Virus record (IMG/VR): IMGVR_UViG_3300044624_001054
Coordinates: 42,616 to 106,615 of that record
DNA length: 64,000 bases
Origin: a virus
Strand: one strand, 5' to 3'
Both the position numbers and the translations under genes were made by a program. Below are positions 56,585 through 64,000 of this stretch, piece by piece (the first letter of the stretch is position 1; the number at the start of each line of letters is the position of its first letter). The notes beneath the pieces are model-generated. The model had not been told where the DNA came from. It searched no databases and was given only the letters and a program-made list of their open reading frames with translations.

Positions 56585-57703
56585 TCATCCAGTTACGGCG
56601 TTAGCCTTAGCCATTGCGGAAAGTTCCTCAATGTTGAGGCCCATACGGACGTAAACTGTGTATTCTACTGTGTCTTTCTTTGGCTTGAACTCACGATGTA
56701 CAGTAACATCTCTCTGGAAGCCCCAGATTCTGTTCTGTGGGAACGTAAGGTCAACGTAGTGGTCTGGGTATAGTGGAACTTCCATCACGGGAATACCGAA
56801 GATGGAGGTTGTCATACCAGCAGGACCGCCAACGCGAGGCTGTGCGCCACGAAGGATACCAGAAGCGATATCCTCAGGAACGCCGCCTGAACCAATTGCG
56901 CGGAGATCTGTAAGTAGGGTTTGTACGTTCTTTGTTGAAGCATAGAACTTCAACTCTTGACGACGAGCCTTGAACTTACGGGGCAATGCGTTGTACAGTT
57001 GCTCAAAGAAGGCAATTGCTGAACCACTCTTTAGTTGACCTGCGGTGGTAGCAGCGGTGAAGAATGTTGATGCTGTGGTAAGGGTTGCAGCGGTACCAAA
57101 GTGAGTACCACCAGCAGCGCCATCAGCAAGTTTGACAAACCCATCGATTGTGTATGGGTAAGTCGTACCAGCGTATGATGCAGTACCCTGAGCAGCGAGA
57201 CCATTGATGGCGATATCTTCAAGATCGTTACCGAATTGGCCAGCCATTAGGCGGACAATGTGATCTTCAAGGGCGGAGCCTTCAATGTTATCCTCAAGTG
57301 CCTCAGTTGAGAGTTCGTAGTCCAAGCGGAACTTAGTAGTGACAATTTCAACCTTGGTGAATTGTGCGCCACGGTTTGCGAAACCTGTTTCGCCTGCACC
57401 AGCATCAAAGATGTTTTCACTTGCTTGTGATGCTTTGCGGATCAAGCGCGTACCAACCTGAATCTTATCGAATTCAGCGGTATTTGAACGCATGACTTGT
57501 CTACGCCCATCGTTACCCAAGACCATCTGATCAAACACATAGTCAAGGAATCGACGGGATTGTTCTGGAAGTAGCACACCGCCGTTTTGTGTTAGTGGAT
57601 TGGTGGTCAAGTTCTCCATATCACCGCTTGAAGCGAGATCTGAGATGATTGCACCTGTACCAACATTTACTGCGGCAGCGGCTTTATTAATTGCGTCACT
57701 CAT
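56585..57703 (-). CDS. major capsid protein (HK97 fold)
   Basis: GGVLLPEQSRRF, ELSTEALEDNIEG, DLEDIAING, FGIPVMEVP; follows the protease. Confidence 0.92.
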   Translation of the reverse strand: MSDAINKAAAAVNVGTGAIISDLASSGDMENLTTNPLTQNGGVLLPEQSRRFLDYVFDQMVLGNDGRRQVMRSNTAEFDKIQVGTRLIRKASQASENIFDAGAGETGFANRGAQFTKVEIVTTKFRLDYELSTEALEDNIEGSALEDHIVRLMAGQFGNDLEDIAINGLAAQGTASYAGTTYPYTIDGFVKLADGAAGGTHFGTAATLTTASTFFTAATTAGQLKSGSAIAFFEQLYNALPRKFKARRQELKFYASTKNVQTLLTDLRAIGSGGVPEDIASGILRGAQPRVGGPAGMTTSIFGIPVMEVPLYPDHYVDLTFPQNRIWGFQRDVTVHREFKPKKDTVEYTVYVRMGLNIEELSAMAKANAVTG

Positions 57704-57735
57704 GCTTTTCTTTGCACCTCTCTTTCTTTAATTAA

Positions 57736-59967
57736 TTAGTTAAATACTTCTGCGGAACTGAGGAAGCGTCCGCCCCATACTGATTTCTTCATTATGGGTT
57801 GCTCTGGGATACTGGATTCCAGTTCGCCAGACTTCTTAATTGCCGTTTCTTCTTCTACTGATTCCACGCGATTAGCGATTTCTACAGCAGCAGAATTAAG
57901 ATCGGCTAAACTTTTGGTAACCTCTTCATATTTTGATTGAAGTTGACCAATCTTTTCGTCAACTGCCTTAGCAAGTTCGACTACTGCATTGGAGAACTTT
58001 TCAAGTGATTCGGTATTAGTTTCAATGGACTTAGTAATTGTCTCTTCTACGAAAGACTTAACTTCGCCAAGGGCCTTTTCCATGTCAAAAACTTCAGAGG
58101 TGGTATCATCGGCAACTTCAGCCTCAACACCATCGGACTTAGCCATAGCAAGGGCTTCCGTAACTACGTCCTCTACAGTTTCTTCTACTTCAAACGTTAC
58201 TTCCTCAGAAGTCTCGTCTGTTGCCTCGGCGGTGTCAAGTTCTTCATGGCTTGTATTATTGTCAGCCATTTCAACACCTCCTTCTCGTTTTTGTAAAGCC
58301 AGTTCATTTTCCTCTGAATTATCTGACTTTTTCGTTGACAATGGGTGACCCTTTGGCAACAAATCTGTGTCATATGGTCTGTTGTTGAACTTTCCTGATC
58401 TTACCGCCTGCAAGAATCCATTAACTCTTGCATACGCCCATTGCTCAGGAGAATACTCATCTGATTTTTGCATCTCTGGGTTAGCCTTAAATGCTGCTAT
58501 GCCGCGCTCAAAAACCTTACGCAGCATATCGAATGAGACATTCTTAGAATCAACATTACCATATTTTTCATTATGCTGAGAAATTAAGGTATTTAGATGA
58601 TCAATATCTTCATTTGATAATGACTTCTCTAATGCTTTTTTACTTGCAACCTTAATTTTTGTTAAGTCTGTAATATTTTTAGTTACGATGTTATTGGTTG
58701 GCTGGAACTTGTTATCCGCCACCTCTTTGTAAATTCTAACCGCTGCTTTCTCTGTATCAATAACATCCACACGGCCCTTAGAAAGTTTTGCATTGTCTGA
58801 AAATACTACATAGTCTCCAGACTTAACCATACCTTCATCTTTGCGGTACATACGCTTTTTCTTTCGTGGAGCCTTTGGAATTCCTCCAGGCAAACCTTGC
58901 TGTGCATTACGAGCAGGAGTATTTTCACTAGTTACTGTTTCTTTTTCTAGATCCTCGTCCTCCATGTCTTCATCGTGCATCTTAGCACTTAGAGCAGAGA
59001 TTCTTCTAAGAGTACTCATCTTGTGACCAACCCTTGTATCTGAAGGAGCCCATCCATCGGCACCCTTACGATAAACTCTAATTAAAACAGCAGGATTTCC
59101 TTCTTCTGCGTTAATGGTAAAGTCTGAGCCAGGAACATCAATAGAGCCTGATCGTACAACTCTTTCTACCTTTCCTCTAGCCGTTCCACCGCTTGAACCC
59201 CATGATACAAAATCTCCTACTCTTACTGAGTCTGCCTTTGAAATGAAGCCATCTACAAGTCTTCCAACCTCTTCATTCTTCTTTACATCCGTTGATTCTA
59301 CCCAACCGATTTCATTCATAGAGTTTTGGCAAACTGGGCAGTCCGCAGAGTCAGATTTTTCTGTCAAGGCAATCTTGTCTGAGGCGCACCAAAAAACATT
59401 TTCTGTAGAAAATTCTGTTGCAATTCCAGATGTAACGATTTCATCACCTAATTTTTGAATAGAGAAAATGTTAGCAAATTGATTGGCGGGGCTGTCAACT
59501 AGAGAGAGTTCCATAAGTTCATATTCTTTTACAACCCTTACTGCGCCACTATCAGCATCTTGATCGTCCATCTTATTTTCAAAATCTACAATTCTGCCAC
59601 CGATTGAAAAACCTGTAAGGGTACCATCTAGAACCATTTGCCAAATATTTTCTGCACCTTTAGAGATGTATGCGTCAACGAATATACCGCTGTACGTTTT
59701 TCCAGTTTCTTGATCATAGAAAGAATTTTCTCGGAAGGAAATAACTTTTCCAGCAGGAATTGGTTGATGCATCAAACGGACATTTCCTCTAAAATTCTCA
59801 AAGGCTTTTCTTGATGCTTCTGATAAAAGAATGTCACCTTGACGATCTATGTTGTCCAGGGTGGCGAATCCGCTAACTACTCTACGTTCTTCATCTACTT
59901 TAGCAATAGGCATAGTAAGACGGAGACTGTCTCCATCTACATCGAAATGTGCTTTATTAATAATCAT
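57736..59967 (-). CDS. prohead protease / scaffold with inserted domains
   Basis: KVDEERRVVSGFA..D.QGD, MH, GFSIGG, ELSLVDSPAN; acidic coiled-coil C-terminus. Confidence 0.9.
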   Translation of the reverse strand: MIINKAHFDVDGDSLRLTMPIAKVDEERRVVSGFATLDNIDRQGDILLSEASRKAFENFRGNVRLMHQPIPAGKVISFRENSFYDQETGKTYSGIFVDAYISKGAENIWQMVLDGTLTGFSIGGRIVDFENKMDDQDADSGAVRVVKEYELMELSLVDSPANQFANIFSIQKLGDEIVTSGIATEFSTENVFWCASDKIALTEKSDSADCPVCQNSMNEIGWVESTDVKKNEEVGRLVDGFISKADSVRVGDFVSWGSSGGTARGKVERVVRSGSIDVPGSDFTINAEEGNPAVLIRVYRKGADGWAPSDTRVGHKMSTLRRISALSAKMHDEDMEDEDLEKETVTSENTPARNAQQGLPGGIPKAPRKKKRMYRKDEGMVKSGDYVVFSDNAKLSKGRVDVIDTEKAAVRIYKEVADNKFQPTNNIVTKNITDLTKIKVASKKALEKSLSNEDIDHLNTLISQHNEKYGNVDSKNVSFDMLRKVFERGIAAFKANPEMQKSDEYSPEQWAYARVNGFLQAVRSGKFNNRPYDTDLLPKGHPLSTKKSDNSEENELALQKREGGVEMADNNTSHEELDTAEATDETSEEVTFEVEETVEDVVTEALAMAKSDGVEAEVADDTTSEVFDMEKALGEVKSFVEETITKSIETNTESLEKFSNAVVELAKAVDEKIGQLQSKYEEVTKSLADLNSAAVEIANRVESVEEETAIKKSGELESSIPEQPIMKKSVWGGRFLSSAEVFN

Positions 59968-59997
59968 AACAATTAAATTATATTATATCTAACTTTA

Positions 59998-61623
59998 TTA
60001 ATTTTGCTGCCTACCTTCTCCTTGGGTTGCTCTTCCTAACTCATCGTTATCTGGAGCATTTGAAGCACGCTGTTGATCTCTTACTCTATTTCTTGTTGAC
60101 TGTGCAGTTTGCTCTGCTTGTGCTTGAGCATTAAGAACAACGGGGGTGTCTCCACTAGGAAGGGTAGACATTCCAAGTCGTTCTCTTACTTCATTAGGAA
60201 CAATAACTTGCATCCTCAGGTACCGCTCATCAATCTTAGATCTTGTCTCCTCATCAGTAAGGGTGAGTTCATTAAACTCAAACTTGAATGCATCAGTTTT
60301 CTCAGCAATTATCTTGTTGATTTTCTTTTCTAATGCATCTTGGGCTGGTCTGCATACTTGTTCCTTAAAGGTTCTATCTGCTTCTCTAGCCGCCGCCAAA
60401 CCAATTCCTTCTGTAGATCCTACTTTTGAAGCAGGGACGCGGTGAGCCATAAGGATTTCATCCTTATTCATCTTTTTATAGTTATTAAATGATGAATCCT
60501 GGATATTGGTCTCAATAGGTTCCATTTTCATTTCTACCTTATGATCTGGGGTGTCGCCAGGAATAGGAATAATGGCTGTTCTATGAGACTGTCCGCGCAA
60601 GTTTCCTTGGAAGAATTCAAACAATCTTTCCTCTGCCGCCCGTGACATTTTTGCGCCCTTAAGCCAGAAAATATAACGTGGCACAGCCTTATTCTCAAAG
60701 TACTCCAGGTTAAATCGGGAGGCAAATTCATTTCCTGCCATAGCATTTTTAGCAGCAACAATTGCAGGGAGGCCATAATAAGTATTTGTTGGAGTGTAAT
60801 TCTTGATATGAATTATTTCGTTTGGCCTAGGGTCGTTAGTAATAGGATTCTTTTCTTCACCTTGGAAGTTACGGAAGAATACAGCCTTACCGTTAACAAT
60901 TTGAACAAATCCATCTCTTAAACGACGTACTCTCATTGTAGGAGCAGGGATATGACCGATGTAACCAATTTCTCCAGTTGTCTTTCTTCCAACTTCAATG
61001 TACCCGTTCCCCGTTGACTCTGCATCAATGTAGGCCTTCATCAGCGTCATGGTAAAGGTATCATCGTCATTTCTTGTTTCTAGCCAATCAATTACGCGAT
61101 GCTTCTGACGAGCGAGATTTCTTCTTACTCTCCCAAGTTCTTCTGTACTTGAGATAGACTCAAGTTTCTCCATAACATTAAGGGTGGGTAATAGGTCGTA
61201 CCCCAGACCAACAATATTTGCCACCTTAGCATTGATTGCTGAGTAGTTGGGGGCAGATAGTTCATAAATCTTAGCCAATGCATAAGGATTATAAAGAGGC
61301 TCTACAACATCAAAGATGCCGTATCCATACTTATCTGGAATAATTTGCTTAGATGTAGCATCATCTCCAGCATACATGTTATCTTCTGCTGTTACAATTT
61401 CTCCGCCTGCAGTTATAAGGCTTTTATTTAATTTACGCCTAACAGATCTTTTGAAATTTTGTGATAGACCATTAAGATTAAGAATTGTATCGGCATCCTG
61501 ATTAAAATCATCTTTATCTACAGGGATAAATGATTCTGGATTCATGGCCTTACTCAGGCCAACGTTATCTATCCAGGTCTCTTCTGGTTCTTGCTGCATC
61601 TCTCCACGCTCCTGTGTCGCCAT
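59998..61623 (-). CDS. portal protein
   Basis: GNGYIE, EIIHIK, YYGLP, YFENKAVP, HRVP, PNEVRERLG. Confidence 0.92.
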   Translation of the reverse strand: MATQERGEMQQEPEETWIDNVGLSKAMNPESFIPVDKDDFNQDADTILNLNGLSQNFKRSVRRKLNKSLITAGGEIVTAEDNMYAGDDATSKQIIPDKYGYGIFDVVEPLYNPYALAKIYELSAPNYSAINAKVANIVGLGYDLLPTLNVMEKLESISSTEELGRVRRNLARQKHRVIDWLETRNDDDTFTMTLMKAYIDAESTGNGYIEVGRKTTGEIGYIGHIPAPTMRVRRLRDGFVQIVNGKAVFFRNFQGEEKNPITNDPRPNEIIHIKNYTPTNTYYGLPAIVAAKNAMAGNEFASRFNLEYFENKAVPRYIFWLKGAKMSRAAEERLFEFFQGNLRGQSHRTAIIPIPGDTPDHKVEMKMEPIETNIQDSSFNNYKKMNKDEILMAHRVPASKVGSTEGIGLAAAREADRTFKEQVCRPAQDALEKKINKIIAEKTDAFKFEFNELTLTDEETRSKIDERYLRMQVIVPNEVRERLGMSTLPSGDTPVVLNAQAQAEQTAQSTRNRVRDQQRASNAPDNDELGRATQGEGRQQN

Positions 61624-61891
61624 AACTTAATAAACCGTTTTCCATGCGGTACTTATCTTCTTGGTATTCTTCTTCTGTTACCCGCCCAATACCAGGAATG
61701 AATACTGCTTGACCGTCTGGTTGACCATAATGTGCTGCTGCTTTACGAAGTTCAGCCATCTTTGTAATGTCACCACGCTCAGATGGAATATTAAGAACAT
61801 TATCGTCATCATCTTTGAAGACTCCACCTTCTGGTAGGAGCCATACATAGATGCCAAAATTACTTTTATCTCTTACTACTTCAAGTCCCAT
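61565..61891 (-). CDS. conserved hypothetical protein upstream of portal
   Basis: 108 aa; leaderless-type promoter (TGG-TATTAT, 7 nt, ATG). Confidence 0.7.
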   Translation of the reverse strand: MGLEVVRDKSNFGIYVWLLPEGGVFKDDDDNVLNIPSERGDITKMAELRKAAAHYGQPDGQAVFIPGIGRVTEEEYQEDKYRMENGLLSYGDTGAWRDAARTRRDLDR

Positions 61892-61909
61892 GTACCAAAT
61901 AATACCACA

Positions 61910-62758
61910 TTAGGCATTATTTGACTGTATAGTGTTCAGGTATGAGTTAATTTTTACCACTATTGGCTCAACGCTGAACCCACTAGCAGTCTTTATGAAA
62001 GAAATTCGGTTGAAATATTGACCGTATAGAACTTTAACAACATCTCCTACAGAACTTGATACCGTAATAAGTTGTGAGGATGAGGTTAACTGATATATTT
62101 GATTATCTGCTAGAGATAAAATATTATCTCCAATACTTACATTTACTGAGTCTATGTACAAATTATCGTTTGTCATTACTGACGCAGAAACAAATTTACT
62201 AAGGCTATCTTCCGCCACGGCACTTATATCCATCAGATATTTGTTTTGTCCAAATGATGGCTGATAAATTACATTTGTAGAGGCAGAGGTGAAATTAGTT
62301 TCTGGGTAATCAATAATGTTGATAGAGTATGAAGCCGATGGTGGAACGGTCAATTTATTTGTTGTACCGCCTGTAAATTCTTGATGAAGATAGCCAACCT
62401 CTGAGTCAGTAAACGAGTTCTCTAGTATGTAAAGATTTTGTATGTTGAAGTTGCTTGATGCAGCATGTCCAAATCTAATTAGAAAATTATTAGTATCATA
62501 GGTAGCCAACTTATCGTTAAAAGAGAATGTAACATGGGTCCATTGTTGATTAGGTATAACTGACCCAGATACTCCGTTTACATATAAAGATGTTGAGGCA
62601 GAGTTAAATGTTACAGCACCAGATAAATTATTGACGCTTGCAGAAAATAATGATAATTGTGCGGCTGAAGAGGAATATATATTTAAAAGGGTATAGGTTT
62701 TATTTTCGCTATCATTAAGTCTAATAAATGCTCCGACTGAGCCTAAATATTTAATCAT
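61910..62758 (-). CDS. putative virion protein, LamG/ConA-like
   Basis: LYVNG..QWTHVTF motif; S/T/N rich. Confidence 0.55.
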   Translation of the reverse strand: MIKYLGSVGAFIRLNDSENKTYTLLNIYSSSAAQLSLFSASVNNLSGAVTFNSASTSLYVNGVSGSVIPNQQWTHVTFSFNDKLATYDTNNFLIRFGHAASSNFNIQNLYILENSFTDSEVGYLHQEFTGGTTNKLTVPPSASYSINIIDYPETNFTSASTNVIYQPSFGQNKYLMDISAVAEDSLSKFVSASVMTNDNLYIDSVNVSIGDNILSLADNQIYQLTSSSQLITVSSSVGDVVKVLYGQYFNRISFIKTASGFSVEPIVVKINSYLNTIQSNNA

Positions 62759-62882
62759 GTATTATATTGTAGCCTATAAATATTGTTTTATTTCACTTGG
62801 CATTGGCTTACCTATCCTAGGGTACATTACAAGCATGATATAATTATTTTATGATGATTCACGATCAAGAAACCATTTCTTA

Positions 62883-63803
62883 ATGTCTAGCATATATATA
62901 TCTATCTGTAGTTTATATGATCGTGAACTTATTCCAACTATTAAACATGCGTTATTATCCAGCAGTGGTAAAAATAAAATTTATTTTGGAATAGCGCTGT
63001 CATCCACTTTGGCAGATGATTATGCGGTTGAAACAATTAAAAAAAATATAGAAAATTTATCTACTAACTTTAAATTTATTCATTTTGATATACATAAATA
63101 TAAAGGAACTGGTGTGGGAAGAAGAATCGCCTACAGCATGTATGATGGACAAGACTATTTATTACAAATAGATTCTCATAGTAAATTTTATGACGGGTGG
63201 GATGAAATTTTAATAGATCAACTTGATCGCGCTGAAAATCAGTATGGAGAATCTGTACTAACTGGATACCCCGACTCATACTTTTATAAAGATAAAAAGC
63301 CCTATGTTAAGAATGGTTGGATGCCATCGGCCCCCTATTTTGTTAACAGTAGTCTTTCTGAGCAATACTCAGACGTTCCTGATGTATATAGCCTTTTACC
63401 AAATTTTAAAGAACGATATGTAGAATGCGTTCCTGGAACCTTTCAACTTGCAAAAAAAATATCGGGAGGCTTTTTATTTGGGGGCAAGCGGTTTGCAGAA
63501 AATTATAATGAATTAATTAATTATGACTATACTCTTCCAGAAGAAGAACTTTTCATGTCTATTGAATTAATTAATTTAAATTTTAACTTAATCATTCCCA
63601 ATGAAATGGTGCCGATATCACACTTATACTATGAAGATATTTGTGGGGAAGAAGGCGGTAGAGAAATTTTATCAACTGAATATCTATATCGGGACGGGGC
63701 TAGAGATCTAATACTAGATTACATAGAAGAAAATATACATAAAATAAAAATATTTGAAAAATATGCAGCAATGAGCATGTTTAATCATTCCATGAATATA
63801 TAA
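62883..63803 (+). CDS. GT60-like (Skp1 hydroxyproline GlcNAc-transferase-like) glycosyltransferase
   Basis: IYISICSLYDRELIPTI, GVGRR..Y.GQDYLLQIDSHSKF..WD, LTGYP, GGFLFG, EE, HLY. Confidence 0.8.
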   Translation: MSSIYISICSLYDRELIPTIKHALLSSSGKNKIYFGIALSSTLADDYAVETIKKNIENLSTNFKFIHFDIHKYKGTGVGRRIAYSMYDGQDYLLQIDSHSKFYDGWDEILIDQLDRAENQYGESVLTGYPDSYFYKDKKPYVKNGWMPSAPYFVNSSLSEQYSDVPDVYSLLPNFKERYVECVPGTFQLAKKISGGFLFGGKRFAENYNELINYDYTLPEEELFMSIELINLNFNLIIPNEMVPISHLYYEDICGEEGGREILSTEYLYRDGARDLILDYIEENIHKIKIFEKYAAMSMFNHSMNI

Positions 63804-64000
63804 TATTATTTAAATTAAAAATTAATTCAATTTTATTTATTTCTTCATCCATTTTATGATTTCTATTATTTATATCTATCAAATGGATATCTTTTTTATT
63901 ATTTAAAAAATATTTATGAATGTTATAGAGTTCTGCACATTTTTTTATTTGATCTGAATCCTCTTGTTTTACATGATGAAACGTGTATGCATCATTTGAT
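63785..64000 (-). CDS. 3' fragment of a gene entering from the right edge (stop position approximate)
   Basis: Open frame SNDAYTFHHVKQEDSDQIKKCAELYNIHKYF... in very AT-rich DNA, convergent with the GT60-like gene. Confidence 0.35.

Noticed and set aside
1-64000. Stop-codon reassignment
   Set aside because: Genes are intact under code 11, TAA/TAG/TGA all end coupled genes, and no suppressor tRNA is present.

Overview
64 kb of a large, AT-rich tailed dsDNA phage genome with siphovirus-type morphogenesis genes. Nearly all genes are on the minus strand. An actinobacterial host is suggested by WhiB, a DUF732-like lipoprotein, leaderless-type promoters and a DnaE/RecA/Cas4-like/RuvC replication block resembling large actinophages. 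In transcription order (right to left): portal, prohead protease/scaffold, HK97-type capsid, neck genes, tail tube, tail chaperones with a -1 frameshift, a 3856-aa tape measure protein (TMP), minor tail/fibre genes, replication and recombination genes, terminase, SpoU methylase, a candidate structured RNA plus two tRNAs, a strongly promoted accessory block, WhiB, and a glycosylation cluster. Top leads: (1) the TMP carries two kinase-like domains, DUF2786 and an M15 peptidase between repeated gpH-like linkers, suggesting an injected effector polyprotein; (2) a C-terminal KSxWGGRF motif shared by the scaffold and unlinked small proteins, a possible capsid cargo-loading signal; (3) an unclassified ~100-nt structured RNA abutting tRNA-Gln; (4) many glycosyltransferases plus recurrent [S/T]AS motifs in virion proteins; (5) promoters with the -10 box in the loop of a palindrome; (6) apparent AGCT avoidance. 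All family calls come from motif recognition by eye, with no database searches.
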